The position numbers and the translations under genes are program-made. Positions 1 to 18,825 of a DNA stretch of 64,000 nt are shown in pieces. Position 1 is the first letter of the stretch; every line of letters begins with the position of its first letter. The notes beneath the pieces were generated by a model that saw only the letters and a list, made by a program, of their open reading frames with translations, ran no database searches and was not told where the DNA came from. The DNA is taken from assembly GCF_009914755.1 (NCBI RefSeq), contig NC_060934.1. One strand, 5' to 3'. The stretch is from the human T2T-CHM13v2.0 reference genome, Homo sapiens.

Positions 1-86
1 CTGGTCTCGAACTCCTGATCTTGTGATCCACCCACCTGGGCCTCCCAAAGTGCTGGGATTACAGGCGTGAGCCACCGCGCCCAGCC
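1..86 (-). mobile_element. Alu (partial, cut by window edge)
   Basis: Alu left-arm consensus. Confidence 0.9.
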
Positions 87-96
87 AAGATTGAGT

Positions 97-447
97 TTTT
101 TAAGATGTTTTTCAGACTGACCTCACTCAGACTCATGACTCATGACTCAACAGGTCCTGGGGCCCCACCCAGAGGCAGACTCAGTGCATGAGGACTGCTT
201 TCCACACCGGTATGATTTCATCCCCAACCAATCAGCGGCACTATCCCCCTACCCCCTGACAACCAAATTGTCCATAAAAACCCTTGTTCCGAGCCTACAG
301 GGAGACTGATCTGAGGGATAACTCCAGTTCTCCCACGTGGGCTCAGCCTCGCGGCAGTTAAACTCTTTCTCTATTGCAATGCCATGGTCTCAGTGAATTG
401 ATTTTTGTCTGTGCAGTGGGGAAGAAGAACTTGTTGGGTGGCTCCAG
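97..447 (+). mobile_element. 3' part of an LTR8-related (MER4-group ERV1) LTR
   Basis: ccccaaccaatcagc...ttaaactctttctctattgcaat...gaagaac blocks, shared with the LTR at 16760-17195. Confidence 0.7.
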
Positions 448-454
448 AACCATC

Positions 455-1100
455 TGTATAATGATGAATAAGACAAAGTCCCTACTCTCATGGAGGAGAC
501 AGATAATAAAGAAAAGAAAAAAAAAGGATTTGGTCATTGTAAGTGCTATGAAGAATTTAAATAGGCTAAAGGGATAGGTGGAGAATAGAAGTTGCATTTT
601 TTCTTTCCCTCCAGATAGAGTCTCACTCTGTCACCCAGGCTGGAGTGCAGTGGTGCGATCTTGGCTCACTGCAACCTCCACCTCTGGGTTCAGGCAGTTC
701 TCCTGCCTTAGCCTCCTAAATAGCTGGGATAGCAGGCACCTGCCACCACGCCCGGCTAATTTTTGTCTTTTTAGTAGAGAGGGGGTTTTACCATGTTCGC
801 CAGGCTGGTCTTGAACTCCTAACCTCAAGTAATCCACCCACCTCGGCCTCCCAAAGTGCTGGGATCACAGGCATGAGTCACTGTGCCCGACCTGAAAGTT
901 GCTATTTTAGGTGTGATGAGCAGCACAACATCTTTCCTGAGGAGGTGACATTTGAGATGTGACTTGAATTGTGAGGAGTAATGTGTCATGCAAAAATACA
1001 GGGAAGTCATATTGTAGTCAAAGGCAATAGCAAAAAAAAGTCTTTGGGGTTAAAATAAGTCTGACACATTCAAGAAAGTTCAGAAAGGCATACATACCTG
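455..1100 (-). mobile_element. L2 fragment, interrupted by an Alu and the MER50-like LTR; resumes at ~1819-1865
   Basis: gaataagacaaagtccctactctcatggag...ctgaggaggtgacatttgag, typical antisense L2 3' region. Confidence 0.55.
598..892 (-). mobile_element. Alu
   Basis: Full dimer; flanked by TSD-like AAGTTGC on both sides. Confidence 0.9.
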
Positions 1101-1818
1101 TGTTAGAGTAGGTAGCTAGGGGAACATGAGAAGGGCAGCAGAGGGCATTCCACCCCCACCCCCAACCAGGAATGTCAGGCGACCATCATGTGATGGTCAG
1201 GTGGTTGTTACACTGTTTCTCTAAAATCATCATTGGTTGCAGCCAGCACCAGGGAAAGGCCGGCTCCCAATAGATAGAAAACACCTGAAGCTAGTGTCAG
1301 CCGCTTCCTGATAAGATCTCAGGAGTTGGGCAAGTGGGCTCAAGCATGGGCCCTAAGGGGCAAAATGTCAGAGTTTAACTAATATATGACCTTCCTCTAG
1401 GAATTCTCGACTGGCAAGGGAAAAATGCCTCAAATGAGCACGCGCACAACTTCAGTAAACACACTGTGAGTGCGGCCACTCCCAAGTGCTGGCAGACCAC
1501 TGCATAAGTGGACAGCCTGCTCCAAGGGAAGGATCAGGAGAGAAGAAACGCAAATCCCAGAACCGTGCCAACATATAAAACCCCACATTAAGGGTTGTAC
1601 AGTGCACTGGGATTTCTCAAGTCACCCGCTTGGTCCTCTTCCAAGTATACTTTACTTCCTTTCATTCCTCTCTAAAACTTTTTTAAAAACTTTCACTCCT
1701 GCTCTAAAAGTTATCTTGGTTTCTTACTCTACCTTATGCCCCTTGGGCGAATTTTTTCCTCTGAGGAGGGAAGAATAGAGTTGCTGCTGCAGACACATCA
1801 GATTCCCTACTGGTAACA
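1101..1818 (+). mobile_element. ERV1 solo LTR, MER50-like
   Basis: TGTTAG...TAACA termini, near-TSD CCTG/GCTG, TATA box; resembles the recalled MER50 consensus. Confidence 0.75.
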
Positions 1819-1835
1819 GCTGGAGTGCGGTAAGT
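1574..1835 (+). promoter_or_regulatory. TACC2: Candidate LTR-driven TACC2 promoter and non-coding first exon (ends 1829)
   Basis: TATAAAA at 1574-1580 inside a sense-oriented LTR; consensus donor GCG|GTAAGT at 1830-1835; the ~32 kb distance to the ATG exon fits my recollection of TACC2 intron 1. Confidence 0.65.
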
Positions 1836-2069
1836 AAGGAGGAGAGGGCTGGAAAATGAAGTTGGCTCTGATTCCCATTACTTGAAAATACAGGGTAGGA
1901 AAACCCTATCTTCTTAGGTTCAGTGGCTGGGGAGCACCATCACTCAAGGTGAGAACTGCCTGGCTGAGCCCAGCCAACTCACAGAACTGTATGAGGTATT
2001 TTCATCTACTGTGCTAGGCACCTAGTGAGAGCCCTTTTGCGTCTTTCAACTTTGGAAAAAATTATGATT

Positions 2070-3422
2070 TATTTTTATTTTTTAAATTAATTTTGTTTTT
2101 TTTTTTTATGTTTTTAGAGATAGGTTCTTACTCTGTCATCCAAGCCAGAGTGCGGTGGCATGATCATGGCTCACTGTAGCCCAGAACTACTGGGCTCAAG
2201 TGATTCTCCTGCCTCAGCTTCCCAAGCAGCTGGTACCACAAGCACATGCCAGCATGTGCAGCATGGGAAATATTTTTATGTTACCACCTCGACACTTTCT
2301 TCCTTCTACTTTTCTGTGTCATGTCTGCATCTCCCGTCACTTAGATAGGGACCTCACAGTTTGATTCTCCAGACCTTTAATATTTTTTCATATTTTAAAT
2401 ATTTCTTTAATTCTGTTTTTTGAGATATTTTATTAAATTTACCTTCAACCTTCTGTGGATTTTTTTTTTTAGACAGGGTCTTGCTCTACTGCCCAGGCTG
2501 GAGTGCAGTGGCATAATGATGGTTCATTGCAGCCTCGACCTCCCGGGCTAACGCAATCCTCCCACCAGGAGCAATCCTCTCAAGTAGTTGGAACTACAGG
2601 TGCATGCCACTAAATTCAGCTAATATTTTTTATTTTTTATAGAGATGGGGGTCTCGCCGTGTTGGCCAGGCTGGTCTCAAACCCCTAGGCTCAAGTGATC
2701 CTCCTGCCTCAGCCTCCCAAAGTGCTGGGATTATAGGTATGAGCCACCAAACACTGCCAGAATTTTAAATATCAGGATATAGGAAAGGTTTTGCTTTCGT
2801 TTTCAATTTTGTTTTTGTCTTATGGCACGGGGCCAGGCAGGGCAAAGGGTAGATTCCATTGACACTTATTTTTAATTTTCTGCCCAAGTACGTTCCCACC
2901 ATTGTTCCTGGTGTTTCAGACCCTCTCCAGGGTCTGCAGAGTCTTGTTTGGCTGGAGCCCCTTCTACTCTAGTCTAATGCCCCTCTGCCCTAATTCCTCA
3001 ACTACCAGGCCGTCACTGCTTTCCATTACCCACAACCATGGAGAAAGCTCTCATCAGCTAATGTGCCTTCTCCAGTTTGCCACATTATTACATTATTGTC
3101 TGGACATACCTGTTTTTTTGTTGTTGTTGTTTGTTTGTTTGTTTTTGAGACAGGGACTCGCTGTGTTACCCAGGCTGGAGTGCAGTGTTGCCTTCTCGGC
3201 TCACTGCAACCTCTGCCTCCCAGGTTCACTCGATTCTCCTGCCTCAGCCCCCTGAGTAGCTGGGATTACAGGCACCTGCCACCACGCCCAGCTAATTTTT
3301 GTATTTTTAGTAGAGATGATTTTGCCATATTGGCCAGGCTGGTTTCAAACTCCTGACCTCAAGTGATCCACCTGTCTCAGCCTCCCAAAGTACTGGAATT
3401 ACAGGTATGAGCCACTACGCCT
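2070..3422 (-). mobile_element. Three antisense Alus (~2070-2262 partial, ~2460-2750, ~3113-3422)
   Basis: Alu consensus with poly(T) heads. Confidence 0.85.
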
Positions 3423-4105
3423 CATCTGGACCTACTTGTTTTTAAAAATGCCTTTGTTATCATTTTAATGAAGTCTCTTAAAGGAAAGGAGTTGCATTTG
3501 TGTGTTCTGTCTTCTTCAGTAAAGAGAGGGCTTTTATTTATTTATTTTATGTATGGAGATAAATGAACCTTAAACATTGTATATTTTTATTTTTATAAAT
3601 CCACCTGTTTACTGTCATTTCAAACATTACTTTAAATTTATTTTCCCCTCAGAGCTTTTAAATAATCAGGAGCTCTAAGCATTGCCTGGGAAATGTTTTG
3701 TTTTCTTTGCGCTGTCCGCCACATGCTAGTGATTTTCAGCAAGGTTGTGTTTACGTGTATTTCAACTGGGCAAATAGGAACTAATATGAAATAAAATAAC
3801 ATTAATCAAACCTGACTTTATGAGCAAGTTTTGAAATAGTTCACATCTCAAATTAAAAATAAGTCTTTTTTGCTAATTAATGAATGAATGTTTTGGTCAA
3901 GAATCATTTCAAAGCTGAGCAGCTGAGTGAATGATAGAAACTGCACTCACACTGTTGCTGTATGGTGGCACCATCTCAGCCGGTATACAGAGATGTCTGC
4001 AGGTTTTCATCAGGATCATGGGAACTGCACTGTTGTTTACAGACATTGGAACTCTGACTTGTGACTTTAGTGTAATTTAAAACTTTTTTATATCTCAAAG
4101 CCATT

Positions 4106-4457
4106 TGCATTAGTCCATTTTCATGCTGCCGATAAAGACATGCCCAAGATGGGCAATTTACACAGGAAGAAGGTTTAATGGACTCACAGTTCCGTGTGGC
4201 TGGGGAGGCCTCATAATCATGGCAGGAGGCAAGGAGGAGCAAGTCACATCTTACATGGATGACAGCAGGCAAAGAAAGAGCTTGTGCAGGGAAACTCCCC
4301 TTATAAAATCATCAGATTTCGTGAGACTTATTCACTATCATGAGAACAACATGGGAAAGACCTGCCCCCATGATTCAATTACCTCCCACCAGGTCCTTCC
4401 TGCAACAAGTGGGAATTTAAGATGAGATCCGGGTGGGGACACAGCCAAACTGCATCA
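4106..4457 (-). mobile_element. THE1 (MaLR) solo LTR
   Basis: THE1 consensus similarity; 5-bp TSD CCATT at 4101-4105 and 4458-4462. Confidence 0.9.
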
Positions 4458-5014
4458 CCATTTCACCCACGTTTTATGTGTTGGTGCTAGTGGGAGTACT
4501 AAAAAACTGTTCCCAGATCAATAAACTGGGAACAAAAGTGAGAAGTGGTAGAAAGCTGTGAAGAAGGCCCAGAACAGCCCACCCTGATATGCCAGGCTGT
4601 TCTTTTGGAAGAAAGCAGTTTGTACACAAGAGAGGTGATGCTGAGAAAGTGAAAAACCTGAAGGTTTTAAGAGCCGAAAAAGTGCTAATGTGAAAACACG
4701 CCACATGGTTTTATGTAGGGGCCCCTTTACTTTAATGCTTTTTCCAACAGGAAAATTTGACTTAAGTTATTTGAGTGCAGAATTACACAAGAACTTCAAG
4801 AAAAGTTATAAAATGTAATTGCACAGAACAACTCAGTTCTAGAATAGGGATTTTCCATTTTTGGAGGGCTTTTATGTACATCATCATGATTAAGTCATGC
4901 TGGGCCTATGAAGAAGGTGGAGTGTGGGATCATTCTCTTTTTCTGCCTGATGAAATGGAAGTGCTTAGTGCTTGGGCAATTGATCCAAGTCACTGCTAGA
5001 AAATAGGTGAATTG

Positions 5015-5517
<503 letters not shown>

Positions 5518-5909
5518 CTCTCTGGGAGGTCCTTTGGTATTACAGCATTTTAGTTATTATAAAACTCAGTCTTCTTAAGGAAGACAACTCAACTAACTTT
5601 TAAATGTGTGAAAAAAAGGAGTTGTAGTCACTTGAATTTGCACTCTGAATACTAGAATAATTTTGAAAATTAAATATTTCCGATGAAAATTAGATTACCT
5701 TTTAAATTTTCTCTGAAAAATTATACATTCACATGAGATAAAATCCCTAGACTAGAAAAGAAATATGAGAGGGAAGTCTTCCTCTTTCCCTGCTCCCGAG
5801 TCCACCCACTGTCACTAGTTTCTTATGTGAGTTTCCAGAAAGAATTATTTATATATTATAATGTAGCACATTGTATGGTTAGGTTTAGATCATTGCCTTT
5901 ATAATGTAG

Positions 5910-6276
<367 letters not shown>

Positions 6277-6739
6277 CCTTTCTTTTTTCTTTACATAAAC
6301 AATAGTATATCATACACACTGTTCTGTATCTTAATATTTTTCACTTGATGTATCTTGGAGAGTTTTCAGTGACGGTATATAAAGAGCTCCTCACCCTTTC
6401 TCCAGCCGCTTCGTTTCCCATTGTATGATTGCATCTTTAATTCCCTGGCTACTGATGAAACTGTAGGTGACATGCTGTTTAGAACTCGCCTAACTAACTG
6501 CTCATTCTCCCTTTCTAAAGGAGGCATATTGACATGTTTGAAAAGGACTGCTTGATACTGTCAGCTGAGGCTGGTGATGACCTGTCCCTATTTACTAGAA
6601 GCACTGCTAATTTTATGCCTTGTTTTTTTCTTCTTTTATGGTTGCTTTGTTTTGAAAAGTGGCTTGTCCCAGCCAAAATATAAGTCAAGTAAATCAAATT
6701 GCAGCCCAAGGTAGTTGACACTGGCTTCGGATCCCAAAT

Positions 6740-7061
6740 AAATGTGTAGTGAGAAGCACAGAGAGCTGGAGGCTGGCGGCACCTGCAGGCTCCCTGCTCC
6801 TTATTACCCTCTCCCTCTGGGCTGCAGAGCCTTCTGGAAAGCCGCTGCCTGGCCTGGGTCAGATTGCTTACACGCCACTGCCTCCCAGGCCGGCGTTCCC
6901 AACCTTAAGCCAATGCACATTTATAGAACAATTCCATGTGATCCTGGGGAAGACAGACTGCGGGTGGAGGGCAGTGCTGAAAAGGAGCCTCTGGAAGAGA
7001 GGGCCTTCTCCCGCTTCTCTCCTCCTCCTCTCCACGCTGGGGGGATCCTGGGTGAGTGAGT
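6740..7061 (+). promoter_or_regulatory. TACC2: Candidate alternative TACC2 promoter / non-coding first exon
   Basis: Unique GC-rich patch with CpGs, CCAAT 6910-6914, TATA-like TTTATAG 6920-6926, overlapping donors GTGAGT at 7052 and 7056. Confidence 0.5.
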
Positions 7062-7873
7062 CTCAGACTGAGGGCTTCTTCCTTTGAGCAACCTGTGGCT
7101 TTAAACCGGTTTGACTACTGAGATTAGAGGGATAAAAGCATTGCTTGTTTGCTTTCCTTATAAAGTGAAATTAAAGGCATATCTGTGCCTCTCCACTCCT
7201 TGTTTTTTAAGCCAAATGAACTGTACTTTTTCTAATACGTCACTGGTTACTTTTGATAGACTATGGCCCCATTAATCTAGACCTCGATCTCTTCATTTGT
7301 GAAATAAGGAGTTGCGCTGGATGATTACTGGAATTTCTTCTGGCCTCTGTTGTGATTCTGCCCATCACAAATTTTAGTTTCAAATGTTTGTGATTCTGCA
7401 GAATGATGACTTCAGAGAGAACCCCTAAGGCCCTGAGGGTTTGTAGGACTTTGTGGGAGAAAGTCATTTGAAAGCTCGTATTGTGTTGACCTTGACATGT
7501 TTGCACAGGTATTTCTCTAGACTCTCACAAGTGCCTTTCCAGGCCTGTTTCTGATGTTGTGCCTGCCAACTTGAGCCGCCGTGTGATCTTGGCAAACGCT
7601 GTGTTTCTGAGTTTGACTTGGTGTCAGTTATAACTGAATCATCAGGTTAAAGCCAAAGTTAGGCAGAATTCTAAGCCTCATGAGAGAATCCTACAGTTCA
7701 GTTAAACACAGAAGTGTGTGTGTATGTACTGTTTCATACCCTGTTCCATAAAACAGAAACGCCCCGACCAAAAGCCTTTATCCCACTGACACCACTTATA
7801 ATCTATTGTGTAATATCTGCGTATGTGTGTATACAGGGGGCAAAACTCCTCCCAGTTCTAGTGGCATGGTGAG

Positions 7874-8885
7874 TGTATTAGTCTGTTTTGCATTGCTGTA
7901 AAGGAACACCTGAGACTGAGTAGTTTATAAAGAAAAGAGATAGTTGGCTCATGGTTCTGAAGGCTGTACAGGCTTGGCACTAGCACCCACTTGGCGTCTG
8001 CTGCCGTCTCAGGAAGCTTTCACTCATGGTGGAAGGCCAAGAGGGAACAGGCATGTCACATGGCAAGAGACAGAGCAAGAGAGATGCCAGGATCTTTTCT
8101 TTTTTTTTGTTTTGAGACAGAGTCTCGTTCTGTCGCCAGGCTGGAGTGCAGTGGCGCAATCTTGGCTCACTGCAACTTCCGCCCCCTGGGTTCAAGCGAT
8201 TCTCCTGCCTCAGTCTCCTGAGTAGCTGAGACTACAGGTGCGTGCCACCATGCCCAGCTAAGTTTTGTATTTTTAGTAAAGATGGGGTTTCACCCTGCTG
8301 GCCAGGCTGGTCTCAAACTCCTGACCTCGTGATCTGCCCGCCTTGGACTCCCAAAGTGTTGGGATTACAGGCATGAGCCACTGCACCTGGCTGCCGGGCC
8401 CTTTTCATTTATATTTTTTATTTGAGATAGGATCTTGCTCTGTTGCCCAAGCTGGAGTGCAGTGGTCCAGTGTAGCCTTGACTTCCTGGGCTCAAGCACT
8501 CCTCCCACCTCAGCCCCCCGAGTAGCTGGGACCACAGGCACGCACCACCACACCTGGCTAATTTTCTTATTTTTTGTAGAGAGACCGGGTCTTGCTGTGT
8601 TGCTCAGGCTGTGTTGCTCAGGCTGAGCTCAAGCGATCATCCTGCCTCGACCTCCCACAGTGCTGGGATTACAGAAGAGAACTGCCTCACCTAGCCTCCA
8701 GCCCCTTTTAAACAACCAGCTGTCATGTGAACTAATAGAGTGAGAAGCCACTGCTTACTACAAGGAAGGCACCAAACCATTCCTGAGGGATCCGCCCCCA
8801 TGACCTCCCACCAGGCCCCACTTCCAATGCTGGGGATCACATTTCAAAATGAGATTTAGAGGAGACAAACCTCCAAACTCTATCA
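7874..8885 (-). mobile_element. MST-family (MaLR) solo LTR interrupted by two antisense Alus (~8095-8696)
   Basis: tgtattagtc...ctatca termini; TSD GTGAG at 7869-7873 and 8886-8890. Confidence 0.85.
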
Positions 8886-10370
8886 GTGAGAGAGAAGAGG
8901 AATGAAACAGAGGGAAAAATACAAGATTCATTTCTTCATTTCATTCAGCAAACACTTATTAAGTGATGCTAAGCAGGCAGTCACCATGAGGTGTAGAATG
9001 ACCACAGTGGTCCCAGGCCACATGACTGAGAGAACGAGGTCCTCTAAATCTGATGAGCAAGGCAAGAGAGGGATTGGCTTGAGGGAAAGATGTTAAGTGG
9101 ACATTTCAAGAGGCTGAATCATCTAAGCAGAGACATTGATGGGAGATTTAAAAATGCAGTTGGTGCAGGAGTGAGACGTCAGGGCAGGTGCTTTAGGTTT
9201 AGAGTCTTTTCCCTGGACTCAATAGAGAAAGCCATGGGAATCAATGGACTCTCCAAGGAGAAGACCAGGCTAGAACACCAAATCCTGAAGCTCCTGGTTG
9301 GCTTCACTGAGAGGGTGGGAGGAGGAACTGGAGAAGGAGAAAGAGAGTGGGATTTTGCAGCAGCTCGTTAGAAAAGCGTTAGGTGGAAAGAGCCTGGAGG
9401 TGGGAGTTCAGGGGATAGTCTCAGATGCTGCAGAGAGGCTGAAAGAGGATGAGGACGTAGATGAGACCAGCATCTGGGCATCATGGGCAGCTTTTGAGTA
9501 TGCTTTCAATTGGGGCACATTTGGTTGCAAGAAACAGAAACCCACCCGAAAAGGGGCATTTGTTGAGCAGACATAGTTCTGGGCTGCAGCAACTTCTCAC
9601 TCCTGCTTCTCAGCAACCACTGGCTTCATTCTGGTCTGAGGGTGGATGGATCTCCTCTGCTGGGATCTTACCCCGCCTCTCCCTAAGTCCAGCGTGCACA
9701 GACTCTGGGCTTCTCTACCACTGGTCCTGGCCACCATTCCTCATTGCCTCGTGATGAGTGGCCTCCTTTGATGGTCTTCCTTATCAAATATCTAAAGAGA
9801 AAATCTGATTGTCCCCACATAAGCCAGAATCTACCCTTAGTCCAATTAGCAGGGTCTAAGAGGTGGGTTGATGTGGTGGGCCAGGACCACTCAGACAGGA
9901 GGGAGATGGGACATGTTGGGAGGGGTGAGGAATGAGTGGTTTTCAGAGAGAAGAACAAAGGCAGGCCTTCCAACGTGGCTGCTCAAGTGTGTGCTGTCAT
10001 GGGAGCAGAGAAATGAATGCTGAGGGTGATGACAGTGTTTCTAACTGCATGCAAGGGCACATGCTTAACGGCCAGGGACATGCTGGGGTAGGGGACAGCT
10101 CTGCTGGCTAATAGGGGAGAGGGAGAGCATGGTAAAATACAATTATGTACCCTTGGAGCATTGGTCAGTAGAAAACCAAACTCACTCTGATGCGATCCCG
10201 ATCCAATGCTCTGAATCCCAAGGAGGCCACAAGCCTAGGGGAGATTTGTCCATCTCAGCCCAAGAGGTCCCATCCCACCCCCAAAGGCAGGCACGAAGAC
10301 CAAGACTTCAGGTGGTGGCAGCAAGGGAGCAGCCAGACGCTGCTCAAGGAACTGACAAGGAAGACTCCTC

Positions 10371-10700
<330 letters not shown>

Positions 10701-11221
10701 TCACCCTTAGCAGATCTCTGAACAATCCACTATGACCCTTGTCCTAGGGTTCTTAATTCAGCTGTGTTTAGAAGAGGTGGATATCACTGTGTTTTTATCA
10801 TCCTAGTCTGCAGAGGCAAATTTGTTCCTGTTATTCTATCTTGTGATATGTCATGGATAGCAGGAGCAACTCAAGATAGCCACCACCTTGCCAACGTTTC
10901 GTAAGTGTTATTAATGAGGGTGTTTAAAATCGACACAGTGGAGAGAGTGGCTGTGATGAGTGACTACTCTGAATTTGTGACCTAAAAAGGGGAAATTCTG
11001 CTCCACACTCAAGTCAGGGAACAGCCTCAGGAGAGCTCTGTGCTGGATCGGGTGCCAAAGAGTTGGAAAGAGATTAAACCCAGCAACACTGGCTGACTTT
11101 ATGCAGCCAAGCCGCTTACATCGGTATAAAGTTCAGGAATGACTGAAATTGGTTGTGTCTCATTGTCTGGGGCTCCAAAGAAATATCCAATCCCTACCAA
11201 GATCTGACCTCCTCTGAGTAG

Positions 11222-11637
<416 letters not shown>

Positions 11638-12450
11638 TAATTTTGCAGCTGGCTCCCTGAGCTTAAAAAGCACAGCTTTGTATTCACTTTTGGTCATTCA
11701 GAAAAACCATTCCTCTGAATATCCTTTTGCTGAAACTGGTCATAAGGTTCAAGTTAGAATCTGACAAAGTGCTTTTGCATCTCATATTTCATAGCAAACA
11801 GATGAGACAAGCAACGCTTGAATCCCAGTTGGTCACAAGCTCATCGCCACATGTGTTCCAAGTCTTTGAAAAGCATTTGGTGATATTACTGTTTGCAGGG
11901 CCTGGTGGAAGTTTCCCTATTTGGCATTTGTTGGCGTGCCTCTCTTTGCCCAACACCAGCCTGTTTTACTGCCCCAGGACTGTCAATGCTTTGGCGCATT
12001 CCTTCTCCTCATTTGGCATAAACAGAGAGACTTGGGTTGACATGTCTTGGTCCAACAGGTGTGGAGGGAAATGACCCTCTACATACACTGATGTCAATCT
12101 TGGAGAAGCAGCTATTAAATAGATAGAGGAAAAACGACAGAGGAAAAACAATGCCCAAGGGCAATCGGTCACTCCTTCCAGAGCTTCGGTCAGATGGGTA
12201 GATACCAGGAGTTCAGGAAGTTAACCTTTAGAAGATATGTTCATATGTGGCAAGATCAGTCTGCAGGCCCAAGGTCTAGGAGCCAGGAGTAGTGGTCAGA
12301 CACGTGGTCCTACGGATCAAACCAGTACAGATGCAAGAGAAGGGCTGAGTGAAGACTTGGGATCCAACACTTGGACTTAGAGTTCTGTTGGAGACACCAG
12401 GTCTCATGTATGAAGTGCAACGGGGAAATTCAGTTTAGAAAATGCAAATC

Positions 12451-12757
<307 letters not shown>

Positions 12758-12993
12758 TTACTTTAGTAGCCAAATTACTGGCAGATTGCTCGATGCCTGC
12801 TTATGAAGAGATGACCTGATTCCAAAGCCCACCACTGACAAGCCAGAGATTGACTCGGCCAGGATTGGCTTAGGAACTGGAGTGGGCTCTAGTCACAAAT
12901 GAGGAAGGAAGCATTTCTTTTCCTCCCTTCCACCCTGTCTCCTTTTCTTTCTTAATATTTTATTATGGACTTTTCAAGTATACACCAAAGTAG

Positions 12994-13506
<513 letters not shown>

Positions 13507-13526
13507 TAATATTAAAGTATGTATTT

Positions 13527-13890
13527 TGTATTAGTTTGTTCTCACACTGCTAATAAAGACATGCCTGAGACCAGGTAATTTATAAAGGAAAGAGGTTTAA
13601 TTGACTCACAGTTTCACATGTCTGGGGAGGCCTCACAATCATGGCAGAAGGCGAATGAGGAGCAAGGTTATGTCTTACATGGTGGCAGGCAAGAGAACTT
13701 GTGTAGGGAAACTTCCCTTTATAAAACCATCAGATCTCTTGAGACTTATTCGCTATCACAAGAGCACCATGGGAAAGACCCACCCTCATGATTCAATTAC
13801 CTCCCACTGGGTCCCTCCCATGACACATGAGAATTATGGGAGCTACAATTCAAGATGAGATTTGGGTGGCAACAAAGCCACACCATATCA
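13527..13890 (-). mobile_element. THE1 (MaLR) solo LTR
   Basis: tgtattag...ccatatca termini and THE1 consensus similarity. Confidence 0.9.
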
Positions 13891-14315
13891 TGTCTCTAAA
13901 AAATTAGGACTCTTTTTGTAAGTGTATAACCACAGTATCCTTATCATACAAAAAATAAATAATTACGTAATATTAAAAATTGTGTCAGTGTTCAAATATC
14001 CCTGGTTGTTTCATTTTTTAAACTTTTGATTTATTTAAAATCAGGATCCAAACGAGTTTCACAAGTTGCTTTTGGTTGATATGTCTCTCAAGGCACTTTT
14101 CCATTTCCCCCCAGAGTTTCCATATTTCTCCTATATCCTCCACCATATATACCCTCCAGAAATTTCCTATGTCTTCCACTATTATATCTACCTTTTCCAG
14201 TAAATTATTTATGTTATGGTTGTAAGAATTGTTTTTGAGTCTTTGCTAATTCCAAGCTCTGAGTCATCTTTGCATCTGCTTATATTGATTATTTTTCCTC
14301 TTGATTATAGGTCAT

Positions 14316-14672
14316 TGTCTTATTCAGCCCAGGCTGCTATAACAGAATATCATAGACTGGTGAATTAAACAACAGAAATTTATTTCTCACAGTTCTGGAG
14401 GCTGGGAAGTCCAAGATGAAGGTGCTGGCTAAGGCCCTAGTGAGGATCATCTTCTTGGTTTGCAGATGGCCACCTTCTTGCTGTATCCTCATATGATAAA
14501 GGGACCATTTCTCTCAAGTATCTTCTTACAAGGGTACTAATCTCATTCATGAAGATGGAGCCCTCCTGACCTAATCACCTCTCAGATGACTCACCTCCAA
14601 ATACCTTCACATTGGAGATTAGATTTCAACATATGAATTTGGGGCAGGGGGTATAACATTCAGTCTATAGCA
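14316..14672 (-). mobile_element. MLT1 (MaLR) LTR
   Basis: aacaacagaaatttatttctcacagttctggaggctgggaagtccaagat signature. Confidence 0.8.
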
Positions 14673-17195
<2,523 letters not shown>

Positions 17196-17411
17196 ATTAT
17201 TATTATTTTGTATTTTGTAATTTAAATTTGTATTTTTGTATTTCCCCTTTTATCTAAGAGTTGTTTTAGTTTTAGATGTATATTTACCTATTTTTTAATC
17301 CTCATCCTCAGTGCTTTTACCAAAGTTTTTCCCAGTTATCACTTGGTTGGATGAAATACATCATCTAGTAGATTCCTCAAGACTGAATCTCATGGGTGTA
17401 GAATTCAGTAA

Positions 17412-18334
<923 letters not shown>

Positions 18335-18506
18335 TACTGTATGTTGAAAATTGTTTTTCTCTAGCCTTGATACATGAAGAACAGCTTGGCTGGATATAAA
18401 ATCTTTGGTTCGCACTTTCATTCATGAGTTGTTTTTTGTTTTTCTTTTTTAATGCTGTTTCATTGTTATCTTGCTTTGTTTATTGATTTTTAAAAAATAG
18501 GATGCT

Positions 18507-18825
<319 letters not shown>

